A stretch of DNA of 64,000 nucleotides from an uncultured Rhodospirillaceae bacterium (GCA_964643045.1 CAZXSC010000003.1:1993-65992), one strand, 5' to 3'; positions 1 through 11,154 are shown, counted from the first letter of the stretch. A program made the numbers and translations. Notes: generated by a model not told the origin, from the sequence alone.

Positions 1-94
1 AATTAGGGTCTTCAGCTAGATCTTGTTCAACTAATTTACTTGTTTATCAATATGTGCAAGATCAATAAACTAAATACGAGAAAATAAGGATAAA

Positions 95-1081
95 ATGAGC
101 AAAAGAGCAGAAACAGTAGACGATTTTATTGCACTGCTCCCTGAAACTTCAGGGAACGATGTAAATGGACACAACGAAACCCATGTTAGAAGCCCATCAC
201 CATTTTTTTGGCATCCACACGAAAAACATGACTTTGGCGAATTACAATCCGAAGTCATTGGCATTCAACGACGATCTCCGGAAATAGTTGAACACTATAG
301 CAACGAAGCTCCTCGAGGGCCCAAAATTGAAGAACGGGCAAAGACTGTCGTCCAAAACTCAGCAGAGGAATGGGTCAAAACGATTAAAGAATTCACTCTA
401 AGCCACGAAGGTGATGATATTCGCATTACGGAGATGGATCCAATGTATACTTATGAAGGTTATCAAATCGATGAACCTTGGGTAATAATAATAGCAGTCA
501 CAATGGATCATGAAGAACTCGATAAAGTACCACCAAATTTCGAAAGGCCAGACTCTGCGGTCGAAGTAGCTCGCCAATATAATCGTGCCGCAAGAGTTTG
601 TCGGGAGTTAACCAATTTTATTTCAAGGCAGGGCTTTAAAGCAAAGCCTTGGGCCGGGCCATTTGCCTCAGCTTTAAGTATGATGCCTGCGGCGATTGAT
701 TCAGGCGTGGGCACGCTCGGCAAGCATGGCTCACTCATACATGGCAAATTTGGTTCGTCATTTCGACTTTCCGCAGTAACAACCGATATGCCGCTAATTG
801 CCGACGACGTCAGGGATATAGGATCTGAGGATTTCTGCACTAATTGTCAAATATGCGTTAATGCTTGTCCACCAGGTGCCATTTTTCCGGAAAAACAAAT
901 GGTCCGCGGAGTCAAAAAATGGTTCGTTGATTTTGACAAATGCATCCCTACTTTTGGCGAAGCGTTAGGATGTGCAATCTGCATAGCAAAATGTCCTTGG
1001 TCAACACCAGGGCGGGCACCAAAGCTCTCCGAAAAAATGCTAAAGCGTCGAGGAACAGTTTTACAAAATAATCAAAAATAA
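95..1081 (+). CDS. 4Fe-4S dicluster protein of the QueG / reductive-dehalogenase-like superfamily (function unknown)
   Basis: 328-aa ORF. The C-terminus has two ferredoxin-type Cys clusters, 'CTNCQICVNACPPGAI' and 'GCAICIAKCPWS'. They are preceded by 'GVGTLGKHGSLIHGKFGSSFRLSAV', the same order of elements as in epoxyqueuosine reductase QueG and RdhA cores. It is shorter than QueG and has no C-terminal extension. Confidence 0.6.
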   Translation: MSKRAETVDDFIALLPETSGNDVNGHNETHVRSPSPFFWHPHEKHDFGELQSEVIGIQRRSPEIVEHYSNEAPRGPKIEERAKTVVQNSAEEWVKTIKEFTLSHEGDDIRITEMDPMYTYEGYQIDEPWVIIIAVTMDHEELDKVPPNFERPDSAVEVARQYNRAARVCRELTNFISRQGFKAKPWAGPFASALSMMPAAIDSGVGTLGKHGSLIHGKFGSSFRLSAVTTDMPLIADDVRDIGSEDFCTNCQICVNACPPGAIFPEKQMVRGVKKWFVDFDKCIPTFGEALGCAICIAKCPWSTPGRAPKLSEKMLKRRGTVLQNNQK

Positions 1082-1123
1082 CAAGATCTTTGGCCAAGAT
1101 GTTTTTTTAATTATACCCGGAAT

Positions 1124-2222
<1,099 letters not shown>

Positions 2223-2225
2223 TAC

Positions 2226-2744
2226 TTAAATTGATTCTGGGCCACGCGATATAGCCACCACACCTGTACGTGACAAATCGACCAAACCAAGCGGCTTTAT
2301 TAAATTGATAAACTCATCCAATTTATTTGAACTGTCAACAATTTCAAATACATAAGAACTTGAAGTGCTATCAATAACACTTGCCTTAAAAGTATTAGCT
2401 AACTTCAACGATTCAGCTCGCATCTTATCATCTCCAACCACCTTTATCAAAGCGAGTTCCCTTTCTACAGAAGGCCCATCAACAGTTAAATCAGCGACAG
2501 CCCGAACCGGCACTAACCTTTCTAGCTGAGCGCGAATTTGCTCAAGCACCATGGCAGTACCCGAACTCACAATAGTTATCTTTGATAAACGTTCCTCTTT
2601 ATCGATTTCGGCTACCGTTAAACTATCAATATTATACCCCCGGCCTGACAATAGGCCAATAACCCGCGCCAAAACTCCGGCCTCATTTTCAACTAAAATT
2701 GAAAAAGTATGATCCTGCACTTCATTATTAATAGTTACATTCAA
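2226..2744 (-). CDS. ilvN: acetolactate synthase small (regulatory) subunit
   Basis: 172 aa with an ACT-domain start, 'HTFSILVENEAGVLARVIGLLSGRGYNIDSLTV'. Lies 22 nt downstream of the large subunit. Confidence 0.93.
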   Translation of the reverse strand: MNVTINNEVQDHTFSILVENEAGVLARVIGLLSGRGYNIDSLTVAEIDKEERLSKITIVSSGTAMVLEQIRAQLERLVPVRAVADLTVDGPSVERELALIKVVGDDKMRAESLKLANTFKASVIDSTSSSYVFEIVDSSNKLDEFINLIKPLGLVDLSRTGVVAISRGPESI

Positions 2745-2766
2745 TTTATTTTTCCAACTTCAAACC

Positions 2767-4527
2767 TTAAGCTATTACATTATTTTTTTCATCGGCAGCA
2801 ATTGTGTTACTGCTGGGCGAAAGGACAATCTCATTGTGCGCTGCACCAGAAGGGATCATCGGAAAAACATTCTCCGCTCGGTCCGTATGCATCAAAACGA
2901 AGACCGGACCTGCAACATCAAGCATTTTTACAATTGTTTTCTCAACATAATCAGGTTTATTACATTCCAAGGCTTTAAACCCCATAGCTTCTGCTAATTT
3001 AATATAGTCAGGTCCATTACTTAGGTCACATTCAGATTCGTTATTTTCGTGGAATAATTCTTGCCACTGCCGAATCATACCTAGCACCTTGTTGTACAAA
3101 CAAAGAATTTTAACAGGAAGTCCTTCCTTAGCAATTGTTGCCATTTCCTGAATGTTCATCATCATTGAACCTTCCGATGTCACGCACACGACAGAAGCGT
3201 CGGGATGGGCAACCTGAACACCCATGGCTGCAGGTATGCCGTAACCCATAGTACCAAGGCCACCTGACGTCATCCAGCGATTAGGTTTACTAAATTGAAT
3301 ATACTGCGCCGCCCACATTTGATGCTGACCGACATCTGTAGTGATAAAGTAATCCCTTCCATTTAAATTGTTGTTCAATTGGGTTAATGCATATTGTGGC
3401 TTAATCAATGATTTCTTATTCTGCTTAAAACCGAGAGAATCAACCGACTGCCATGTGCCTATTTTATTCCACCAATTCTTTATTGCATGATCATCAATCC
3501 TTGGCTGTTTTTCCTCCCAAACAGCCATTAAATCAGATAATACTTTTTTTGCATCGCCAACGATAGCGAGATCGACCGCAATATTTTTGTTGATAGACGA
3601 AGGGTCAATATCAATATGTATTTTCTTGCTTTTCGGAGAAAACAATTCTGTATTTCCAGTTACACGGTCATCAAATCGCGCGCCGATGTTAAACATGAGA
3701 TCACAACTATGCATTACTAGATTTGCTTCGTAGGTGCCATGCATACCTGGCATGCCGATAAATAAATCATCCGTTGTCGGATAGGCTCCTAATGCCATTA
3801 AAGTTGTTGTACACGGATACCCTGTCATCTTGACAAATTTCTCCAATAACCGAGAAGCCTCAGGACCCGAATTGATAACACCACCACCGGCATAAATAAT
3901 TGGGCGTTTTGCTGTTGCTATCATTTCAACCGCAGCTTCAATCTTCTCGCGATCTCCTTGGATCTGGGGCTTATAGTTACGAGGCTCAATACCGTCAGGG
4001 CCAACGTAGGGACCCTTACCCATTATAATATCCTTCGGGATATCAATTAAAACGGGACCGGGGCGACCATTTGCAGCAATATAAAAGGCTTCATGGATGA
4101 TATGGGCGAGATCATCAGTGGATTTTACCAAATAGTTATGTTTTGTGGCAGGCCGCGTTATACCTGTCGTATCAGCTTCTTGGAAAGCATCGTTTCCAAT
4201 TAATTGGCTAGTAACCTGGCCGGTTAAACAAACAAGCGGAATACTGTCCATCAAGGCATCAACTAGACCCGTAACAGTATTAGTGGCGCCTGGACCAGAA
4301 GTTGCCATAGCAACCCCAGTTTTACCTGTCGATCGTGCATAACCCTCAGCAGCATGAACAGCGCCCTGTTCATGGCCAACAAGGATATGCCGCAAACTAT
4401 TTTGTTTATAAATGTTGTTATACAGCGGCAGTGTGACACCGCCGGGATAACCAAATACCACCTCAACATCTTGATCAGCGAGTGCTTTAAGGATGATTTC
4501 ACCACCTGAATATTGATCACTAGACAT
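2767..4527 (-). CDS. ilvB: acetolactate synthase large (catalytic) subunit, biosynthetic type
   Basis: 586 aa ThDP enzyme. Has 'VFGYPGG' at the N-terminus and the ThDP-binding motif 'GGLGTMGYGIPAAMG'. Confidence 0.96.
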   Translation of the reverse strand: MSSDQYSGGEIILKALADQDVEVVFGYPGGVTLPLYNNIYKQNSLRHILVGHEQGAVHAAEGYARSTGKTGVAMATSGPGATNTVTGLVDALMDSIPLVCLTGQVTSQLIGNDAFQEADTTGITRPATKHNYLVKSTDDLAHIIHEAFYIAANGRPGPVLIDIPKDIIMGKGPYVGPDGIEPRNYKPQIQGDREKIEAAVEMIATAKRPIIYAGGGVINSGPEASRLLEKFVKMTGYPCTTTLMALGAYPTTDDLFIGMPGMHGTYEANLVMHSCDLMFNIGARFDDRVTGNTELFSPKSKKIHIDIDPSSINKNIAVDLAIVGDAKKVLSDLMAVWEEKQPRIDDHAIKNWWNKIGTWQSVDSLGFKQNKKSLIKPQYALTQLNNNLNGRDYFITTDVGQHQMWAAQYIQFSKPNRWMTSGGLGTMGYGIPAAMGVQVAHPDASVVCVTSEGSMMMNIQEMATIAKEGLPVKILCLYNKVLGMIRQWQELFHENNESECDLSNGPDYIKLAEAMGFKALECNKPDYVEKTIVKMLDVAGPVFVLMHTDRAENVFPMIPSGAAHNEIVLSPSSNTIAADEKNNVIA

Positions 4528-4663
4528 TTCTACTCCAGAGCCGCTTTTACTAATACGTCAATAACTGAAAAACATTGGCTAGTAATTGACAACAAAAAAC
4601 CAAAGGCCAAGTAACCCCTAATATACAAATTAAAAGAATCACTGTGGCAAAATTCGGCCGGAA

Positions 4664-4690
4664 ATTATACCCTATGATATCAAGCGTCAA
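4664..4690 (-). promoter_or_regulatory. candidate sigma70-type promoter for ilvB-ilvN
   Basis: The minus strand reads 'TTGACG-(15 nt)-TATAAT', with the -35 at 4685-4690 and the -10 at 4664-4669. It lies about 140 nt upstream of the ilvB ATG. The spacer is short (15 nt), so this is tentative. Confidence 0.3.
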
Positions 4691-4693
4691 CAC

Positions 4694-5641
4694 CTATCTT
4701 ATAATCTTTGAAAAGAAATCTATCTTAATTCTTTCCGAATATTGCGAATTAAGTATTAAATCCGGAATTATTTGATTATTAAACCATGTCATTTGGCGTT
4801 TGGCATAACGCCTAGTCGCCTTTTTTGCTGAATCAAGTGCTTCCACCAATGAGGTTTCATCTTGCAAATAAGCCATAAAATCCAAAACACCTAAAGCTTT
4901 AATTGCAGGTAAACTCTGATCGAGGTTGAGCTTCATCAAACGACGTACTTCATCCAAGGCTCCATTCTCAACCATCCAGTCTAACCGAGCCTCGCAAGAA
5001 GCATAAAGCTTGTCTCTAGATGGATCGAGAGTAACTACTTGGTATCGAGCTTCCAATCGTGGCCCTACCGGCGAAGATTTATGCCAATCGCTTAGAGAGC
5101 GATCAGTAGCAAAATAAACTTCATACGCTCTGATCATACGCTGGCTATCCGTCGAATGAATTTTTTCAGCAGATTCTTGATCAAAACCCTGAAGTTCTCG
5201 ATAAAAGGCCTCCACCCCGATTTCATCTCTGCGTGCTATGACTTCATCTCTAACATCTTTGGGAATTGTGGGTATACCACTTATCCCTTCCATCAACGTC
5301 TTAATGTAGAGGCCTGTTCCACCAGTAACAATTGGCAGTTTTCCATTTCGCCAACACTCCTCTATTTCTCCGATGGCCAAATCGTACCAAATGCCGACAG
5401 AACAGCTTTCTGTAACAGACATTATACCATAAAGCTTGTGAGGCAGTTTAGCCACATCTGAATGAGAAGGACGAGCTGTGATCAGATGCAATTCCTTGTA
5501 TATTTGCATAGAATCACAATTGATAATTACCCCGTCATATTTACTAGCAACGTCAAGCGCTAACCGTGACTTGCCACTAGCTGTTGGACCGGCAATGATT
5601 AAAACAGTTTTTTCGGGATTGAGACTGATTTCACCCATCAT
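4694..5641 (-). CDS. miaA: tRNA dimethylallyltransferase
   Basis: 315 aa. P-loop 'IAGPTASGKSRLALDVA', 'DSMQIYKELHLITARP' and 'TGGTGLY' are typical of MiaA. Confidence 0.93.
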   Translation of the reverse strand: MMGEISLNPEKTVLIIAGPTASGKSRLALDVASKYDGVIINCDSMQIYKELHLITARPSHSDVAKLPHKLYGIMSVTESCSVGIWYDLAIGEIEECWRNGKLPIVTGGTGLYIKTLMEGISGIPTIPKDVRDEVIARRDEIGVEAFYRELQGFDQESAEKIHSTDSQRMIRAYEVYFATDRSLSDWHKSSPVGPRLEARYQVVTLDPSRDKLYASCEARLDWMVENGALDEVRRLMKLNLDQSLPAIKALGVLDFMAYLQDETSLVEALDSAKKATRRYAKRQMTWFNNQIIPDLILNSQYSERIKIDFFSKIIR

Positions 5642-5711
5642 AGCTTTAAATTAATTCGCACAGACTGGATATCACCTATCCATACTTATTCATTATCTAC
5701 CTTTGATTTAG

Positions 5712-6722
5712 TTATTTATCGGCCACTTCTTCACGGAATAAATTTAGCTTTTCTAAAACCTGACGATCAGAAATCTTAATAATTAATGATTCATCGCTAA
5801 AAGATGTATGGGTTGTCCAAGACCAATGAGGTATCGTAAAAACATCTCGCGGCTCCCATTCGTGCAAGACATCCCCGATCTGACTCTTGCCTATCCCTTT
5901 TAACACAACACAGACAGCATTCGAGGTAGAACGTGTTTTTGCTGTTTCTTTTTTACGAGCAAGTACACACATTTTAGCATCATGGGTGGGCAAAATACCA
6001 CTACCATCAACGGGGTTTGTATAATTAATCAATCGAGACCCATCCTCTGAGACAGGAGCATTTTTCGCCGCAACTAGCACGTCGTCAAAGGCATATCGCA
6101 ACCGAGGTGAATGATTTGTTTGAGGTAATTCGGTAGCAGGCAAGAGACCGGCGGCGCCATAAGCATCATCAGAAATCATTGCTGCATTGTTCGGAAAATT
6201 ATTTTGTGGCCCCATTTTCATGTCAGAAAAGACAGCATCTAATGAGCCTACCAATGGTATATCAAGTACATCCAGCCAAATTGCTCGTACATCACTATCA
6301 TTCTTATGGCAGTGCCAGGTCCAGTTAGGTGTTATAATAAGATCGCCTTCATACATATCACAACGCTTGCCATCTACAAACGTGCCCCCACCCGCTCCCT
6401 CGAGAATTACCCGGGTAGCCGCAGGCGTATGCCGATGAGGCGACGTTTGTTCTCCTGGGTTCACACATTGAAAGTTCGCCAGAATATTAGTGGTGGTCGC
6501 CAACTTACTATCAAGATTAGGATTCTTAAGAATAAGTACACGATGATCGGCATCACTTCCGTGAACAAGTTGAGCTGATTTCTCAATTAAAGGAAGCATT
6601 TCTTGCCATTTCCATATAACTGACGGTTCAGCTCGCCCGGGCTCCGCCAAAACTATATCCTCATAAATCTTCCACAAAGGGGCTAAATCGTATTCCTGTA
6701 TTTCTTTTAGAAATCCATCCAT
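5712..6722 (-). CDS. bicupin dioxygenase, gentisate 1,2-dioxygenase-like
   Basis: 336 aa. The N-terminal 'LAPLWKIYEDI' and the cupin metal motif 'SPHRHTPAATRVILEGAGGGTFVDGKRCDMYEGDLIITPNWTWHCH' resemble the gentisate/salicylate 1,2-dioxygenase family. It starts 4 nt after the upstream LLM gene. Confidence 0.7.
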   Translation of the reverse strand: MDGFLKEIQEYDLAPLWKIYEDIVLAEPGRAEPSVIWKWQEMLPLIEKSAQLVHGSDADHRVLILKNPNLDSKLATTTNILANFQCVNPGEQTSPHRHTPAATRVILEGAGGGTFVDGKRCDMYEGDLIITPNWTWHCHKNDSDVRAIWLDVLDIPLVGSLDAVFSDMKMGPQNNFPNNAAMISDDAYGAAGLLPATELPQTNHSPRLRYAFDDVLVAAKNAPVSEDGSRLINYTNPVDGSGILPTHDAKMCVLARKKETAKTRSTSNAVCVVLKGIGKSQIGDVLHEWEPRDVFTIPHWSWTTHTSFSDESLIIKISDRQVLEKLNLFREEVADK

Positions 6723-6726
6723 AGTT

Positions 6727-7812
6727 TCATGCTCTGCCTGTATTTTTAAAATAGGGCATTACTTTATTACCGAAAAGCCTCATAGAAGTTTCAGCAATAC
6801 TAACACCCATACCAAACGGATTCACTTGAAGTGATAATTCATCACAACCACCACAGGCCTTATCAAAACGTTCCAATTGCTGGATAATATCTGAAGGTTT
6901 TCCAACAAAAGCTGCTCCACTGTCAATTTGGCTTTCCAGTGTTTGTTCCGCAACTTTAGCTCTAAATACATCATAGTTTCGATAAGCCTTCGAAGGGGAC
7001 CCATTTGAATACTCAGCCATTGCATCAACAATCTGCGCAAAATGTCCCTCTATATGTGGTTTGGCAATACGTAGTGCTTCATCACCATTTTCATGACAGA
7101 ACATAAACACCGCCATCATCATCTTCGGTTTACCTGGATGTTTGGCCTTTTTCCATGCGCCTCGATAAGTTTCTAATAGTGCGATCGGATCAGCACCGAC
7201 CCCAGGAATAGCCATAATCCAATGGCCCATCTTACCCGCGCGTTCGAATGAATCGGGCGTACCAACTGCCGCGACATAAAAGTTTGGTCTCGGCTTCTGT
7301 GTTGGGCGCGGCATTGTAGTTACGCTATCAAAGCTATGGAATTTTCCTTTGGAAGTCACATTCTCTTTCTCCATGAGCATCTGCACTTGGGATATGCCCT
7401 CCTCAAAACGCGCAACACTCTCGTCTATGTCTATCTCGAAATGGCGAAACTCTTGTGGCAGAAAAGCCCGAGCAAATCCTACGTCTAAACGCCCATTGGA
7501 GAATGCATCAAGCATACATAAGTCACTCGCTAGCTTAAGGGGTGAATTAAATGCAGGTAAAACGGCTCCTGTGACCATTCTTGCCGTCTTAGTATGTTGA
7601 CACGCAGCTGTAAGAAAGACGATCGGATTTGAGCTGTACCCTCCCCAGTGATGGAAGTAATGTTCAACGGTCCTAACGTGAGAGTAACCATATTCGTCGC
7701 AAAGGCCAATAAGATGCATGGCTTCATCATAATATTGCACCGGAGACTTTTTATCTTCCCGTTGATCCGGGAAAAATTGAATACCAAATCGCAAGATTAG
7801 CTCCATTCTCAA
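6727..7812 (-). CDS. LLM-class (luciferase-like) flavin-dependent oxidoreductase
   Basis: 361 aa with a TIM-barrel LLM signature, 'RFGIQFFP...YGYSHVRTVEHYFHHWGGYSSNPIVFL...GRLDVGFARAF'. The start could be M1 or M3. Confidence 0.8.
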   Translation of the reverse strand: MRMELILRFGIQFFPDQREDKKSPVQYYDEAMHLIGLCDEYGYSHVRTVEHYFHHWGGYSSNPIVFLTAACQHTKTARMVTGAVLPAFNSPLKLASDLCMLDAFSNGRLDVGFARAFLPQEFRHFEIDIDESVARFEEGISQVQMLMEKENVTSKGKFHSFDSVTTMPRPTQKPRPNFYVAAVGTPDSFERAGKMGHWIMAIPGVGADPIALLETYRGAWKKAKHPGKPKMMMAVFMFCHENGDEALRIAKPHIEGHFAQIVDAMAEYSNGSPSKAYRNYDVFRAKVAEQTLESQIDSGAAFVGKPSDIIQQLERFDKACGGCDELSLQVNPFGMGVSIAETSMRLFGNKVMPYFKNTGRA

Positions 7813-7968
7813 TCATAAACAGACCTTATAGTACAGTTTTTGTATTTACGAATAAAGATTTAATACAGCTTGTTCAATAGTCGGCTATTTTGGCCAATTA
7901 AAATAGAAAGCAACACCTCCATATAGCTGTATATGGACATCAATAGTATTTTTTGAAGATTCTAGTAA

Positions 7969-9228
7969 TTATGCAAAAACCAGAGATATCATGCCATCCG
8001 CTAGCTTGGGCTCAAACCATGTACTTTTTGGAGGCATAACCTTTTCTGCATCCGCCACAGAAATCAAATCCTGTATACTCGTAGGATAGAGAGAAAATGC
8101 AACAGTCCAATCCCCACTATCAACTCTTTTTTCGAGCTCCGTCATGCCTCTTATACCGCCAACAAAATCTATACGTGGGTCTATACGTGGGTCTCCAATT
8201 CCCAAAATTGGCTCCATCAGTCGGTCACTTAGTATGCTGACATCTAATTGGTCTACAGGAGATGCCGAACTAGGAACTGGAACTTTGACAGAAAGCGAAT
8301 ACCAACTGCCAGAAAGATACATACTAAAACTGTTACGTGCATTCGGCCTTGCGGCCTGAGTTTGCTTCTCTACATCAAAAATCTCACTAATTTTACCAAT
8401 AAACTGGGATTCAGAAAATCCGTTCAAATCCTTAACTACCCGATTATATTCGTAAATCCTAACTTCCGATTCAGGGAAACTAACTATTAGGAAAGAATTA
8501 TAGAGATGGTCTTCAGACGGGCTTTTAGCAACTTCGTTTCTAGATTCAGAAACACGACACGCTGCCGCTGAACGATGATGACCATCAGCTATATAGATAA
8601 CACCGATTTCATTAAAGCCTTTTGTGATTTTTTCTATATCAATTGCATCTCTAACTATCCATAACGTATGTTCAACCTTACCATCGCCGATCACATGATA
8701 ATCTGCTGCATAAGACACGGTTCTTTCTATTACGCCTTCGAGAAGGTTGTTTGATTTGTGGATCGCGAGAACTGGTCCAGTTTGTGCGTTAACGGCATCT
8801 ATTTGACGCACTCTGTCAGTTTCTTTATCAGGCCTAGTATGCTCATGACGTCGAATATAATTCTTTTTATACGCCTCAATAGAGCCTGCAACAACAATTC
8901 CTGTTTGAATATGATCTCCCATTTTAATGCGATATATATAATAGTATTCCTCAGTATCACGTCTCAGGATGCCGTCCATAATCATTTTATTAAAGTTTTC
9001 TCTAGCCTTATCATAAACTTTATCGGATTGCGTATCTGTCCCTAGGGGCAAATCTATTTCCGGTTTTGATATATGAAGGAAACTCCATGGTTTGTTTTTT
9101 GCTAATGCGGCAGCTTCACTTGTACTTACTACATCGTATGGGGGAGCCACCACCTCTTGCGCCAAATCAGGAACTGGCCGCAAAGCTGCGAAAGGACGTA
9201 CTAGGGGTTTTTCTAGGAGATCACTCAC
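7969..9228 (-). CDS. DUF1015 family protein (function unknown)
   Basis: 419 aa. The N-terminus 'VRPFAALRPVPDLAQEVVAPPYDVVS' and the internal 'YIADGHHRSAAA' are the hallmark stretches of DUF1015. Confidence 0.8.
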   Translation of the reverse strand: MSDLLEKPLVRPFAALRPVPDLAQEVVAPPYDVVSTSEAAALAKNKPWSFLHISKPEIDLPLGTDTQSDKVYDKARENFNKMIMDGILRRDTEEYYYIYRIKMGDHIQTGIVVAGSIEAYKKNYIRRHEHTRPDKETDRVRQIDAVNAQTGPVLAIHKSNNLLEGVIERTVSYAADYHVIGDGKVEHTLWIVRDAIDIEKITKGFNEIGVIYIADGHHRSAAACRVSESRNEVAKSPSEDHLYNSFLIVSFPESEVRIYEYNRVVKDLNGFSESQFIGKISEIFDVEKQTQAARPNARNSFSMYLSGSWYSLSVKVPVPSSASPVDQLDVSILSDRLMEPILGIGDPRIDPRIDFVGGIRGMTELEKRVDSGDWTVAFSLYPTSIQDLISVADAEKVMPPKSTWFEPKLADGMISLVFA

Positions 9229-9355
9229 TGACTATACCTGCACCTAACGGTTTATGGCTAGAGGTTACTTGCCAACGCCTCGAACTGAGTAGGGAACACA
9301 ACATGCTAAATGATAATGACAACACCAACCTCACAATCGAACTTAACTTCCAGGA

Positions 9356-10816
9356 CTATTTTTTTACATGGCGCAGAGCTACAAACCTCAAACCAGATTG
9401 TCCTTCAATCAAAAAAAGTATCGATTTACGCCCTGCCTTCCTTGACTCGGTAATCTGTTTATCAATATCGGATGGAGAATTAATTTCAACTTGGCTCGCT
9501 TCAACAATGCGATCCCCTATTGTTATACCTTTTTCTGCAGCAGCGCCGTCCTTATCAACGGCTACAACTACGACACCTTTTGCATTACTTTTTAGGTTAA
9601 ACTTTTTTCGCAATCTTTGCGTAATTGCATTCACACTGAGGCCTATTGAAGCTATTTGAACGACCTCGCTGTTAGCGCTATTTTGTTTTGGCCTGTTGGC
9701 TTTTTTGGCCACTACTTCCTCGTCAAGTTCTCCTACACTCACTTTCATTACAACTTTCTTTCTATCGCGCCAAACTTCAATAGAAACTTCAGTATCTACT
9801 CCAGTTTCTGCAACAATCTTTGGTAAATTGCGCATTTCTTTAACTACCTTATTACCGAATTTCAAGATTATATCACCCGGTTTTATCCCTGCTTTCGCTG
9901 CGGGACTATTTTCAGTGACACTGGCCACTAACGCCCCCTCAGCTGCCCGAAGTCCCAAGCTTTCTGCAATTTCGTCCGTTACTTTTTGGATCCGTACCCC
10001 GAGCCAACCGCGCCTCGTTTTGCCAAACCTAACCAGTTGAGTTATCACATTTTTTGCTATACCTGAAGGGATAGAGAACCCGATACCAATGCTGCCTCCA
10101 GAAGGCGAGAATATTGCTGTGTTTATTCCAATGACCTCACCTTTCATGTTAAACAGCGGACCGCCAGAATTACCTCGATTAATTGACGCGTCAGTTTGAA
10201 TGAAATCATCATATGGTCCAGAATTAATATTTCGCCCACGCGCCGAAATTATACCTGCTGTTACGGTTCCCCCAAGACCGAATGGATTGCCAATTGCAAC
10301 AACCCAATCACCTACCCGCATTTTGTCTGAGTTACCTAACTTGACAAAGGGCAATGCCCCTTTAGGCTTTACTCTCAAAACTGCTATATCAGTTTTGATG
10401 TCGCGACCAATCACCTCAGCTTTTAACGTCTGATTATTTTGCAAAGTAACAGTAATTTCATCAGCACCTTGAATCACATGATTATTGGTTACCACTATAC
10501 CCTTGCCATCAACAATGAATCCCGAACCTAACGACGACGATTTCCGTTGTTGCTGTGGACTGTTTCGCTCAAAGAATTCGCGAAAAAGATCTTCAAATGG
10601 CGAACCGGGCGGAAATTGTGGTAATTGAGGGACCCTACCTGTACTATTCTTAGCAACAGCTGTTGTTGAAACATTAACAACGGCTGGAAGTAGTTTTTCA
10701 GCTAAATCAGCAAAATTTTGCGGTACTGAGCGTGCATGCAATTCAAGTGGAAAAACAATGATCAAAAGCAACGAGGCAATAAATCTATATTCGACAAATT
10801 TCAAATTAGCTCGCAT
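9356..10816 (-). CDS. degP: periplasmic serine endoprotease, DegP/DegQ (HtrA) family, two PDZ domains
   Basis: Trypsin-like core 'TNNHVI...DIAVLRV...GNSGGPLFN' plus two PDZ-like regions. The likely start is the internal 'MRANLKFVEYRFIASLLLIIVFPLELHA' signal peptide (ATG at 10816). The ORF extends to 10921. Confidence 0.9.
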   Translation of the reverse strand: MRANLKFVEYRFIASLLLIIVFPLELHARSVPQNFADLAEKLLPAVVNVSTTAVAKNSTGRVPQLPQFPPGSPFEDLFREFFERNSPQQQRKSSSLGSGFIVDGKGIVVTNNHVIQGADEITVTLQNNQTLKAEVIGRDIKTDIAVLRVKPKGALPFVKLGNSDKMRVGDWVVAIGNPFGLGGTVTAGIISARGRNINSGPYDDFIQTDASINRGNSGGPLFNMKGEVIGINTAIFSPSGGSIGIGFSIPSGIAKNVITQLVRFGKTRRGWLGVRIQKVTDEIAESLGLRAAEGALVASVTENSPAAKAGIKPGDIILKFGNKVVKEMRNLPKIVAETGVDTEVSIEVWRDRKKVVMKVSVGELDEEVVAKKANRPKQNSANSEVVQIASIGLSVNAITQRLRKKFNLKSNAKGVVVVAVDKDGAAAEKGITIGDRIVEASQVEINSPSDIDKQITESRKAGRKSILFLIEGQSGLRFVALRHVKK

Positions 10817-10951
10817 CGCTTCCAGTTCTCCAGTTAATGGGAAAGTAATGTTCTGTATTAATCGCAAATTAACAAACTGACCTTGTTTAAAGACATGTGA
10901 ATTAAATTCCACCCAAATCAAAGACGTAATTTGACAAAAAAAAATGTATTC

Positions 10952-11137
10952 TCATATTCGAACCAGCCAGATGCATGCCACACCAAAAAGCATTGCAACC
11001 ATACCAGCGCGGCGCAAAATCTTATTGGGCTGATCAATAATATTTATCATACATTTTTTCATAGCCTCTGGAAAAACAGCGTACAATAACCCTTCTAGAG
11101 CAATTGCCAACGAAATTGCAGTTAAAATCTCAATCAT
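10952..11137 (-). CDS. DUF2065 small membrane protein
   Basis: 61 aa with two hydrophobic segments, 'LAIALEGLLYAVFPEAMKK'. It sits in the conserved position between hflC and degP. Confidence 0.75.
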   Translation of the reverse strand: MIEILTAISLAIALEGLLYAVFPEAMKKCMINIIDQPNKILRRAGMVAMLFGVACIWLVRI

Positions 11138-11154
11138 TTTGTCTTTAATTCCTT

